A stretch of DNA of 32,000 bases, taken from Psychrobacter cryohalolentis K5 (GTDB lineage: Bacteria > Pseudomonadota > Gammaproteobacteria > Pseudomonadales > Moraxellaceae). Location: assembly GCF_000013905.1 (NCBI RefSeq), contig NC_007969.1, positions 2,070,001-2,102,000 of the forward strand, in the 5' to 3' direction. The position numbers and the translations under genes are program-made. Below the pieces are notes generated by a model. It did not search any database, was not told where the DNA came from, and saw only the letters and a program-made list of their open reading frames with translations. Below, piece by piece: positions 1 through 10,700 of the stretch (positions are counted from its first letter, which is position 1; each line of letters begins with the position of its first letter).

Positions 1-1170
1 CATCGTCAATGCTAAGTTATCACGGTGTACCATGACGACACGTTCTTCATTGTTACCAAGGATACGATCGAACTGCTCAGTACGCTCACGAGCAACGCGG
101 CAGGCATCGCGAGAAGAAAAGTTGACTTGACCAACGGCGATACGCTCACCAGTATCCTGATGGACGATTTCGACCACATCGCCTTCATCAAAATCTCCAC
201 GAACTTCAGACACGCCAACTGGCAACAAGCTTTTTTGATGTTCGACCACCGCTTTTGCTGCACCTGCATCAACAATTAAAGAGCCCGACATACGCAAATG
301 CGCGGCAAGCCACTGTTTGCGAGCAATGATTTTGTCTTGATCATTGGTGGTCAGCAAGGTACCAACTGCTTCGCCTGACACTACTCGAGTGATCACATCA
401 TCAATAGCGCCACTCACAATCACCGTCGGACAGCCACCCATAGCAGCAAGACGACCAGCACGAATTTTGGTTAACATACCACCACGACCCAACTTGCCAC
501 CATCACCTGCAATATCAAATAAATAATCAGCCATCGCACGCTCTTGACGGATCATTCTGGCATGAGGGTTGTTGCGTGGATTGTCAGTAAAGACACCTTC
601 TTGATCAGTTAAGATAATGTACAAGTCGGCATTGACCATCGCCGCTGCCATCGCTCCTAGAGTATCGTTATCACCAAACTTAATCTCATCAATAGTAATG
701 GTATCATTTTCATTAATGACCGGCAGCACACGCCATTCTAGTAGCTGCGTAAGCGCGCCAGTAGTATTAAGATAGCGACTACGGTTAGACAAATCATCAT
801 GCGTTAGCAGCAACTGTGAGCTTTGAATACCATATTGAATCAATGCTGACCACCAGGTTTCAATCAAACCCATCTGTCCGACAGATGCACAGGCTTGTAA
901 TGCCGCCAGTTTTTTAGGACGCTCCTCAAGATTCATACGCACCACCCCTTCAGCGACAGCACCTGAAGATACGAGCAGTACCTCTACGCCTTGCTTATGG
1001 AGTTGCGCGATCTGCTTTGCCCATTCGTAAATGGCAGTTCGATCAAGCCCTCGACCATTATTGGTCAATAACGATGAGCCAATCTTGACAATAACGCGCT
1101 GAATATCAAAGTTACGAGCTTGCTCAACAAACCTTGCTTCTTCTATCGTGTTCTCTATGCCAACTGCCAT
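1..1170 (-). CDS. proB: Glutamate 5-kinase (ProB); the C-terminal end runs off the window
   Basis: Absent from the supplied ORF track because there is no stop inside the window. My reverse-complement translation from ATG 1170 (AGGAG 6 nt upstream) stays open for 390 codons down to base 1: MAVGIENTIEEA...RVIVKIGSSLLTN...VLLVSSGAVAEG...PVINENDTI...KFGDNDTLGA...ILTDQEGVFTDNPR...GRGGMLTKIRA. A PUA-like C-terminal part (LPVGVSEVRGDFDEGDVVEI) ends ...VHRDNLALTM at base 1. The obg-proB gene order is conserved. Confidence 0.9.
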   Translation of the reverse strand, partial: MAVGIENTIEEARFVEQARNFDIQRVIVKIGSSLLTNNGRGLDRTAIYEWAKQIAQLHKQGVEVLLVSSGAVAEGVVRMNLEERPKKLAALQACASVGQMGLIETWWSALIQYGIQSSQLLLTHDDLSNRSRYLNTTGALTQLLEWRVLPVINENDTITIDEIKFGDNDTLGAMAAAMVNADLYIILTDQEGVFTDNPRNNPHARMIRQERAMADYLFDIAGDGGKLGRGGMLTKIRAGRLAAMGGCPTVIVSGAIDDVITRVVSGEAVGTLLTTNDQDKIIARKQWLAAHLRMSGSLIVDAGAAKAVVEHQKSLLPVGVSEVRGDFDEGDVVEIVHQDTGERIAVGQVNFSSRDACRVARERTEQFDRILGNNEERVVMVHRDNLALTM

Positions 1171-1241
1171 ATAAACTCCTGTTGCTATGGTAAATTAATC
1201 ATGGGGATACATCTAAAAAATATGTGCAAAGACCAATCAGA

Positions 1242-2474
<1,233 letters not shown>

Positions 2475-2599
2475 TTACACTCTAGTTTATAAGCTTAATG
2501 ACAGTCATAGACTGCTTCTTTTGCCTATAGTTATCTTTTAAAAAAATGGCAGACTTTCGTCAATATTGCTCTACATCATTGCTTTATTTATGACAATAA

Positions 2600-2628
2600 C
2601 ACCCGATAACCAATCGGACTATCGGGTG
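2600..2628 (-). terminator. Hairpin downstream of gap, candidate intrinsic terminator
   Basis: Perfect 9-bp inverted repeat CACCCGATA (2600-2608) / TATCGGGTG (2620-2628) with an 11-nt loop, about 110 nt past the gap stop. On the minus strand it is followed by TTATTGTCAT, which is only a weak U-tract. Confidence 0.45.
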
Positions 2629-2739
2629 CTGTAGATATTACCGCTAAAACCATATCCGTTTGTTTATATAACTAATGACCATCGCTCTGCTCTTTGAATC
2701 AAAGCATTATGACCGAGTCATTGCTGCTATACAAACGTA

Positions 2740-4185
2740 TTAAGCTGGAATCTGCGCATAGCTGATACCTGCCATTTGCGTTGCCAAACGTAATACTTGC
2801 GTGCTATAACCAACTTCGTTGTCATACCAAATATAAACGATAGCATGATTATCCGTCAAAATAGTCGCTTGGGCATCAACGATACCTACATGTGTATCAC
2901 CGACAAAATCCGTTGATACCGCTTCTGTAGAATCCGTGTAAGCAATTTGTGTTTGCCACTGGCTACTATTTGAAATTTTGCGCATAAACTCATTTAACGC
3001 ATCAGCACTAGCTGGCGCAGTTTTAAGATTTAAATTCAAAATCGCTAAGCTAACGTTTGGTGTCGGTACACGGATGGCATTGCCCGTCAATTTACCACTC
3101 AGCTCTGGTAGCGCTTTCCCGACTGCCTTTGCTGCACCAGTACTGGTGATAACCATGTTCAATACCGCACTACGACCACGGCGATCTGCTTTATGATAAT
3201 TATCAATTAAGTTCTGATCGTTAGTGAACGAGTGAATGGTTTCAACGTGACCATTTTCAATACCGTATGCGTCATTTAATACTTTTAATGTTGGGGTAAT
3301 TGCGTTGGTCGTACAGCTCGCCGCACTAACGATAGTGTCATCGCCGACCGTATCGTTATTTACGCCATATACGACGTTTTTAATCTCGCCGCCAGCAGGT
3401 GCCGTTAATAGCACTTTTTTCACACCAGTCGATTGTAAATGCTTACCAAGACCAGCCTCATCTTTCCAGATACCCGTATTATCAATGACCAGTGCATCGT
3501 TAATACCATAAGCAGTATAATCAATCTCGCTTGGGTCTTTGGCATAGATAACTTGCACAAAGCGACCATTAATGATCAAACCATTGTTTTCATCATCAAC
3601 AATCACGCCGCCTGCAAAACTACCGTGAATCGAATCGCGCTCTAGCAATGACGCACGCTTAGCCAAGTCGCCTGCTGCTGCGGGACGTACTACGATGGCT
3701 TTTAGCTGCATGCCCTTGGCACTTGACGCTTGCGATAACAATAAACGAGTTAGAATACGACCAATACGACCAAAACCATATAGCACCACATCCGCTGCGC
3801 CATTGATAGCCGCTTTAGTATTATCAACAGACTGTAATGCCGATTGAATATCACTGTCATTAGCGATTAGCTGACCAACATCAATACGTACAGCTGACAG
3901 ATTTTTATTCTCTGCTAACACTTTAACCATCGCTAAAGTATCAGCGATATCAATCGCATGAGCACCTTGATCACGCAAAGCAACTTTTTGATGCAGCGCC
4001 AATATTTGACCCACAGAATTGCTATCTAGCGTATCACCGAATAAAGTCACTTGCACATCTTGCTCATTGTAGAGCTTGTTCAATAGCCCCATGAGCTCAA
4101 TCGCTTGTTGCTCCTGGGTGTTATAGTTGCTCAAATGGTCTTGATGTAATTGGCGTAAGGTATCAGCGTTACTCACGAGAAACAT
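2740..4185 (-). CDS. gap: Glyceraldehyde-3-phosphate dehydrogenase, long form with a ~130-aa N-terminal extension
   Basis: 481-aa ORF. Rossmann motif LYGFGRIGR at about residues 135-143, catalytic-Cys motif SAASCTTNA (canonical S-x-A-S-C-T-T-N) and C-terminal WYDNEVGYS. The first ~130 residues precede the NAD-binding domain. Confidence 0.93.
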   Translation of the reverse strand: MFLVSNADTLRQLHQDHLSNYNTQEQQAIELMGLLNKLYNEQDVQVTLFGDTLDSNSVGQILALHQKVALRDQGAHAIDIADTLAMVKVLAENKNLSAVRIDVGQLIANDSDIQSALQSVDNTKAAINGAADVVLYGFGRIGRILTRLLLSQASSAKGMQLKAIVVRPAAAGDLAKRASLLERDSIHGSFAGGVIVDDENNGLIINGRFVQVIYAKDPSEIDYTAYGINDALVIDNTGIWKDEAGLGKHLQSTGVKKVLLTAPAGGEIKNVVYGVNNDTVGDDTIVSAASCTTNAITPTLKVLNDAYGIENGHVETIHSFTNDQNLIDNYHKADRRGRSAVLNMVITSTGAAKAVGKALPELSGKLTGNAIRVPTPNVSLAILNLNLKTAPASADALNEFMRKISNSSQWQTQIAYTDSTEAVSTDFVGDTHVGIVDAQATILTDNHAIVYIWYDNEVGYSTQVLRLATQMAGISYAQIPA

Positions 4186-4432
4186 CCTTATGGTCAGTAT
4201 TGGGGAATCAGTAAAATAGGAAGAAATATTATTGAATAAGGTATATACAGTCTATGTACTCACTCAGATATGCTAACAGACGACTGCTGTCATCGATTAT
4301 TATCATAGGAGTCTGTAGATAAGCTAGATTTTAGCTTAAAACGCCTTATTTTGCTAGTGATAACAAATTTGTATGAGTCACAAGCTATTTGATGACTACC
4401 GATTTAGCATAATAAAACGGGTTATTACGATA

Positions 4433-4455
4433 AAGGCAGCATATTATGCTGCCTT
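4433..4455 (-). terminator. Hairpin downstream of the lipocalin gene, candidate terminator
   Basis: AAGGCAGCAT (4433-4442) pairs with ATGCTGCCTT (4446-4455) around a 3-nt loop, 76 nt past the stop at 4531. The stem core is GC-rich and the flanks are only modestly T-rich on both strands. Confidence 0.5.
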
Positions 4456-4530
4456 ATTATCAATCCACTTAAACAATGATAAATACAAGAGCCATGATAA
4501 ATAAAGGCAATATAAACCATTATCAGACTT

Positions 4531-5637
4531 TTATGGAATCAAATCCACCGTCTGCTTACTCTGCGACGTTAATTTAAATTCTTTCAAATCATAACCCTGT
4601 TGCTGGGCAATTTGACGGTATTTGGCATAAGTTTCTTGGCTTACGTTTGGCGAACGAGCCAGCAGCCATAAATACTTTTTATCAGGTGTACCAACCAGAG
4701 CAGTTTTATAATCTGGATCACGTGCCAATACCCAATAGTCAGCTCGCCCTACCGGTAACCAACGAATCCACGATGGCAAAAAGGTAACTTTTAGTTTGCT
4801 TCCTGTCGCATCAGCAGGTTTTGCTAAGCCTTCAGCAATAATGTTCGAGCCATCTTCAGCCTTACACTGATTGATAACTTTGATACCTGAACCATCAGTT
4901 TTTTCAACATAGTTAGCCGTCACATCGCTGGCACAGTTACGCTGAAAATACATCGGCAAACGACCGATCTCATACCAAGCACCAGCATATTTATTGAGAT
5001 CAACGCTATCTACCGTAGTCGGTGTACTAGCAGATTTATGAATAATACTGCTAGGTTTAACCGTGAGCACCTCTGCCGTTACATTGGTCATGTGCTTGCT
5101 AGCAACCGCTTGAGTCATAGACGGTGTCGCTGCATAAGCAGAAAATGCTGCTAACGGTATGATAATAGCTAAGGCTATTCCAGTATGCTTAATAAGACCA
5201 TTCATAAATATACGCTCTGGTATCTCTGCAACGCTTGCTGCGTTTTTAGGAGATATGATGTGAGGTGGCTCGACTATGGATTGCTCAAATTCTTTGAAGA
5301 TACTTGTCTTAATACAACCAACTTCAGCTGTACTGGCGTTAAAGGTGCTGTTATCAATTAAATTAGAGTTAAGTACACTTACATGAGTTTTTTTGACACA
5401 TTTATAATCAAAAAAGCTGGTTTGTTGTGACATATCTTGTGCCAGAGTTTCTAAATATTCTTTACTAAAACCTACATTATTATAGCTGGCGTCATTACTG
5501 GCACAGTCAATATTACCTGCTGGTGTTGCCTGATCTTTATTCATCTTATACTTAGGTAGCTGGTCAGTATGCGGTGATTGAGAACCAGCTGCCTCAGAAT
5601 CAGACCATACTGACTTCGGTAACTTATTGGTTTTCAT
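4531..5637 (-). CDS. Bacterial lipocalin (Blc-like) domain protein with a long N-terminal extension and one TM/signal segment
   Basis: The C-terminal ~165 aa is lipocalin-like: LNKYAGAWYEIGRLPMYFQRNC...ITVKVINQC-type core...YWVLARDPDYKTALVGTPDKKYLWLLARSP. A hydrophobic segment (GIALAIIIPLAAFSAYAA) sits at residues ~152-172. An alternative start at Met145 (ATG at 5205) would give a classical signal peptide MNGLIKHTGIALAIIIPLAAFSAYA-A. Neither start has a good SD. Confidence 0.8.
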   Translation of the reverse strand: MKTNKLPKSVWSDSEAAGSQSPHTDQLPKYKMNKDQATPAGNIDCASNDASYNNVGFSKEYLETLAQDMSQQTSFFDYKCVKKTHVSVLNSNLIDNSTFNASTAEVGCIKTSIFKEFEQSIVEPPHIISPKNAASVAEIPERIFMNGLIKHTGIALAIIIPLAAFSAYAATPSMTQAVASKHMTNVTAEVLTVKPSSIIHKSASTPTTVDSVDLNKYAGAWYEIGRLPMYFQRNCASDVTANYVEKTDGSGIKVINQCKAEDGSNIIAEGLAKPADATGSKLKVTFLPSWIRWLPVGRADYWVLARDPDYKTALVGTPDKKYLWLLARSPNVSQETYAKYRQIAQQQGYDLKEFKLTSQSKQTVDLIP

Positions 5638-6135
5638 AGGGATACCATTTTATTAACAGTGATTATTAAGAGCGATCTATCTACTTATAGGCATTTATTC
5701 ATACCATTGTTATTTATCAGAGCAGCACAAAATGATTTTCACCCACTGGCCCTACAACAAAAAATGAATGGAAGTTAAATTGGCTATTACTTTTAACATC
5801 ATAGTCATTAATAGTCTTAACAATTAATAAGTCTATAAAAGCTTGATTTAGCGCCCTTCGATAATTAATGATTCATAGTAATGGCAAATCCCTAATCAAA
5901 ACAGTGTGGCAATGTAGGAAAACGCAACGGTTTGTAAGTAATTCTGTTTATAAGATATGCGAAGTTACATTTTTATTAACCGATAAAGAATATTCAAATC
6001 AATTACTTATCTAGTGCCATTTTTCCTCTGAGAATTTTTTTATTTGACCTATCATAGTCTGGTTTTAGCGGTGTTCAAATGGCAGCTTAATGCCCAAAAT
6101 TGTTATAAAAATGCGGTTAACCATAGTACCAAAAA

Positions 6136-7218
6136 CTATTTTAAAAACTGGCGAATTCCAGCAACAGCAACGCCTCCATGTAGCACGGCTTGTTTATACA
6201 TCATAGGCGATAGTCCACCTAAGCCGATAACTGGCATATCCGCTAAATTTGCTAAATTTGACCACGCCTCCCATCCTAATGCCGGTGTATCAGGATGGGT
6301 TTGGGTACACTCAACAGGTGCCAAGAAAATACCGATAACGGGTGGCAACTGCTGCTGTAATCGAATAGACGCCAGTTGATTGGCAGCATTAATACTATCT
6401 ACATCATGGCAACTAACGATTAATGGCAAGCTTGTAGACAAGGCAGAGTACGACATGGGCTCCTTAGCTACTCCGCTTGACCATTGCATAAGCTGTGTCT
6501 GTGTTAAATGACTTGCTATTATTTGATTATTTGCTTCTACATTGTCTGCTTTGTCCATATCTAAGTGGTCAGGAGTAATCGCTTGAATATCAGTACGTAG
6601 TTGTAATAGCTGCTTGATACTGTTTTCTGTCCCTGCTGCTTTTGTCCGCATATAAACCCAAGCACCAGCCGTTATATGCTCATGATGATACTGTAACCAT
6701 GCTGCTATAGGATTAGAGGCAGCATCAAAATGCGATAATGGATAAGTAACTGTGATCTGCATAGGCAACTGTAACCACGCAAGGATTGTCTTATTAGCAG
6801 CGGGTAAATCATAATGCCCTGCCAGCAGCTCTGCCTCCTCTACCCATGTTAGCTTTTGACCTTCTAGACCATAGCTTAGGTTTTTATATTGCGCATATTG
6901 TTGTGCAGTCACTTCAATACGGTAAACTTGTAAGCAGACCTGCTTATCACCATAATCATGATGCAATCGACCGAGTTTAACTGCCGTATTATTAGCAATA
7001 TTGATACCTGTCTCTTCAGCAACTTCTCGTATCAGCCCTTGTTTTGCTGTTTCATGAGCGTCTATCTTTCCGCCTACAAACTCATAACGGTTGCCTTGGT
7101 GCTGAGAAGCCGCTCTAAATCCTAGTAGATACTGATTTTGATAATGAATAACGGCAACCGCTACATTGACTGTCGTTATTGAAGTGTTTGTTAGAGAGTT
7201 ACTTTGTTTGACTGTCAT
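6136..7218 (-). CDS. Nudix (MutT-type) hydrolase fused to a ThiE/TenI-like (thiamine-phosphate synthase fold) domain
   Basis: 360-aa ORF. Nudix box GGKIDAHETAKQGLIREVAEETGI matches GX5EX7REUXEEXGU. The C-terminal ~200 aa ends in the TMP-synthase-like motif MPVIGLGGLSP...GGVAVAGIRQF. AAGGAA SD lies 8 nt before ATG 7218. From memory, pseudomonad MutT-type proteins have this fusion architecture. Confidence 0.85.
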   Translation of the reverse strand: MTVKQSNSLTNTSITTVNVAVAVIHYQNQYLLGFRAASQHQGNRYEFVGGKIDAHETAKQGLIREVAEETGINIANNTAVKLGRLHHDYGDKQVCLQVYRIEVTAQQYAQYKNLSYGLEGQKLTWVEEAELLAGHYDLPAANKTILAWLQLPMQITVTYPLSHFDAASNPIAAWLQYHHEHITAGAWVYMRTKAAGTENSIKQLLQLRTDIQAITPDHLDMDKADNVEANNQIIASHLTQTQLMQWSSGVAKEPMSYSALSTSLPLIVSCHDVDSINAANQLASIRLQQQLPPVIGIFLAPVECTQTHPDTPALGWEAWSNLANLADMPVIGLGGLSPMMYKQAVLHGGVAVAGIRQFLK

Positions 7219-7322
7219 TCTATTTTCCTTTAATGCTACTAAGATTGATGGCTAAGATTGTTTAAATAAAAAAACGGTTAGATAAGTTTACATAATCGCT
7301 GTTATTTATTTTATAAATTTGC

Positions 7323-7351
7323 TTGCAAAATTATTCAATCTAAATGATAAT
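7323..7351 (+). promoter_or_regulatory. Sigma70-like promoter of hemP
   Basis: TTGCAA (7323-7328), a 17-nt spacer, then GATAAT (7346-7351), about 80 nt upstream of the hemP ATG. Confidence 0.5.
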
Positions 7352-7358
7352 TATTATC
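7340..7358. promoter_or_regulatory. Fur box overlapping the hemP -10 element
   Basis: CTAAATGATAATTATTATC matches the 19-bp Fur consensus GATAATGATAATCATTATC at 15 of 19 positions by my count. It covers the putative -10 hexamer, the classical repression geometry. Confidence 0.65.
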
Positions 7359-7430
7359 GTTAATAAATTATATTCTATTAGTATTTATTGTTTTGAATAT
7401 TTGCTACTTTGCTATCAAAAGGAATTTACC

Positions 7431-7595
7431 ATGAGTCTTGTTATCTCTCGTCATTTGAACTTCCGTGAAAACCGTCTGCCTACTTTGCAATCACAGCACT
7501 TGTTTGCTTTGACCAAGGAGGTACGTATTGAACATGAAGGCGAAGAATATCGCCTACGCTTAACGCGTAATAATCGATTAATTTTAACCAAATAA
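7431..7595 (+). CDS. hemP: Hemin uptake protein HemP/HmuP family (54 aa)
   Basis: MSLVISRHLNFRENRLPTLQSQHLFALTKEVRIEHEGEEYRLRLTRNNRLILTK carries the HemP C-terminal signature (I.H.G..Y.LR.T...KLILTK). AAGGA SD lies 8 nt upstream of ATG 7431. The track start at 7344 lies inside the promoter/Fur box and adds an AT-rich nonsense N-terminus. Confidence 0.85.
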   Translation: MSLVISRHLNFRENRLPTLQSQHLFALTKEVRIEHEGEEYRLRLTRNNRLILTK

Positions 7596-7613
7596 ATTCT
7601 CTTAATGCTCATA

Positions 7614-7643
7614 AAAAAACGCCTTTTTATAAAGGCGTTTTTT
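7614..7643. terminator. Bidirectional intrinsic terminator between hemP (+) and tamB (-)
   Basis: AAAAAACGCCTTT / AAAGGCGTTTTTT forms a 13-bp stem with a 4-nt loop (TTAT). An A-run precedes it and a T-run follows, so it can serve both convergent genes. Confidence 0.8.
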
Positions 7644-7764
7644 ATTTGATCAAATAGTAATGATAGATTACTTTATAAGCCGTCACTTCCGGTCAACTAA
7701 TCTGCCCAGCTGCCCATCTATTAAAATCACAGCAAATATGAGGGTAGATATCTAAGTACAACCT

Positions 7765-10700
7765 TTAGAACTGCCAACTATAAACCACATCCACGGCATT
7801 TTCTGCTGCTGACGTTGCCTCTACATAGATACGGCGGGTCAACTGGTAACGTATCGACAAGCTGTTCTGCGCATTGAAAACGCCCACACCATAGCGGATA
7901 TATAAGTCAGGGGTCACATAACCGGTGACATTGACATTGGTATCTTCACTGCTGCCTGAAGCATCAACCGTTAAGCTTTGGAAGCCAAACGCTTGACCGA
8001 TTTGATTGGTCAAATTACGTGTACCGCTCAGCCCAAAGCTCAGCCCAGCGGCCGCTAAGTTATTGGTGACTTGAGATTTAAAGCCTTGCTCACTGATTTG
8101 AGTAGCACTCTGATTATTAATACGACCCGTGACCAAGGCATTCATCGCTTGCTGCTGCGTAAGCCCGGCATTATTGAAAACGATGATATTAGGGCTTTCA
8201 GTATTACCTTTGACACGGACACCGACTGTTTTACCACTGATATTTTTGACCGCTTCGATACTTAAACTCGGTTTCATCACATCGCCGTTGAAGCGCACTT
8301 GACCATAGTTAAGCTCTAGGTTTTGCCCAAAAGCATTAATATTGGTACGACGTGAGACCTGTACCACCCCTTTTGCACGCATGATGCCTGTACCGCTTTG
8401 CGTGACATGAATGGCACCTGCTAGAGGAATCACGGCACCAAAACCACGGAAGTTGATGTCATTACCCAAATCGATACCGATATCAGCATTGATTGACCAA
8501 GGTTTTGAGATAGCTAAAACCTCATCAATATTGCCGATAAGACGACGATCAAGTACGACAGCGTCTTCGGTCTGAGTAATAATATCTTCACTGGCCTCTG
8601 GCGGACGAATGGTCGCTGATGGCACACTGACTGCCCCAGTGATATTGACGTAGCGATCGGAAGGACGCACGATAATATCGATATCAGGATCAACACTCGC
8701 CACCAATAATGGCGGCTGGGTCAATATCAAACCTTTACCATCTATACTCAGCTTAGCCTGTAGCTTTTGCTGCCAATTGACAGTACCAGCAACCGTCCCT
8801 TTCCCTGTACCACTATTGAACCTACCATCGATCGTTGCTTGAGTACCACGGATTTTGGCAGTGGCATTCACTTTGGTCAAATTGACCGGCAAATCAAGCA
8901 TCGCCATGCGACCATTGGCCAATTTCACATCGCCATAAAACTGTGGCTTATCCAGTGTGCCACCCAAACCGCCTGCCATAGTGATGTTACCTTCGAGCAC
9001 GCGCATACCAGGGAAGAAAGGTTTAAAAATAGCCAAATTAAGCTCATTGAGCACCAACGCACCTGATATAGGTTTGGGCGTCTTATATGGATCGACGATC
9101 ACTTCTGCATAACCACGAGCACCATCACCCGTATTGATATCTGAGCGTATTTTTAGACCATTTGGTACAGACACCGCAATGAGCGAGATGCGCTTGTAAG
9201 GTAAGGTGACAGGCAAGCTATCACCATCTTGAATCAAGCCAATTTTACCGTTGTCAGAATACAGCGTGGTATTAATCGTTGGTGGACGACCACGTTGCCA
9301 GCCAACAATCGCTTTGCCGTTAATCTTGCCATGCCAATCGATATCTTTCGGTAAAAATGCTGAAAATAGTGAGGTATCTAGTTTTTGTATCGCCAAATCA
9401 ACTTGACCACCAGCGGCTGAAGCAATAAGGTTTTCACGTAAACACAATTTACCTGTTTGATCAGTCGCCTGCCAACAATGTGCCGCCAGCTGTACTTTTA
9501 GCTCTGTGCTATTTTTACCTTGCTTCTTAGGCAAATTAACAATCAGCTGCGCTGGCTGCAATTGGTTTAAGGTTGCATATTTGGACTTAACTTGACCCTT
9601 GCCAATAACACCTGACCAGCTGAGCTTATCTCGATTAAAGCCACCCTTAAGCCTTGCTGAGATACTGAGCTTCTCATTAAGCAGATCAAAATCAACTACG
9701 TGAGCTTGTTCAGTACCATTAAAGGTTGCATTAAAGTTTTTAAAATTTTGCCCCGCCGCTTCTAACCCTTCGGCAGTGATAATAAACTGGCTTGGACTGT
9801 TTGCCAAGTTAACCAGTTTACCGCGTATACGACCTTGACGTAATATAAAGCCTGGTAGCGTAATACGCTCACCAACCAAATCAACATAGATAGTCGGCAA
9901 TGCTTGTCCTGCTGGCTGTGACAAGGTAGCACCGCCAGAGACTTTACCACCAAGCTTGTCTGAGAGCTGATCAAGGCTTGTGATATTGATTTTGGCTTGT
10001 AGCTGTTTGGCATTACCATTGGCGGTGATGTAATTATTACCCCAACGCAGTACTAAATTATTGGCATTTAAGCTTTCGATCAAAGCGTTCACTTGCTTAT
10101 ATTGTGCCTGCGCATCTTGCTTCTGCAAACGTTGAAAATAGCTTGCCAAATCTTTTGGTAGATGTAGTTTGGCTGTCAAGCTGCCTTTGGCGCTAAGTGG
10201 TTGACCCTTTAGCATCCCATTCAAATTCACTTGCTTGATATTAATCGTCTGTTGGGTATCGCCCCAACGTCCACTGGTATCAATAGTGCCGGTAATCGTA
10301 CTCGGTATGTCCTTGAAGAAATAACCCAAATTAAAACGATCCATGACTGCATCAATATCCCAAGCAAGACCTTGGCGCACATCAACGGTGCCTTTAGCAT
10401 CAATACTGCCTGCTGCGCCCACATGTCGGAAACGCTTGATGCGAATGAGCTGTGCATTACCACTGGCATCAATAGTCAGTTTACCTGCTGGCAATTGCTC
10501 AGCGTCTAAGACACCATCAAAGTTTACAACGAAGTTTTTCAGTACGCCTTTTGCCTTAGCATTATTCTTTGGCGGACTTTGCCACTCGCCAGTGGTTTTT
10601 AAATCACCAGTAATAATGGCGGCATTATTGGGCAAGAAATAACCCAAATTAAACTTATCAAAGCGCCCATCTAGCGTCCAGCCGATATTCTTTCTTAGGT

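Noticed and set aside
12-526. Track ORFs 12-275 (-), 25-279 (+) and 344-526 (+)
   Set aside because: They lie inside, or in wrong frames of, the proB coding region. The third minus-strand frame, open from 1170 to base 1, gives an unmistakable glutamate 5-kinase.
6044-6379. 111-aa plus-strand ORF overlapping the 3-prime end of the Nudix/ThiE-like gene
   Set aside because: It overlaps a well-supported gene on the opposite strand, has a Cys/Trp-rich odd composition, and has no SD or recognisable motif.
7344-7430. Long (83-aa) version of hemP starting at 7344
   Set aside because: That start lies within the predicted -10/Fur box. The added residues (MIIIIVNKLYSISIYCFEY...) are an AT-rich translation artefact. 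ATG 7431 has a proper SD and yields the canonical HemP length.
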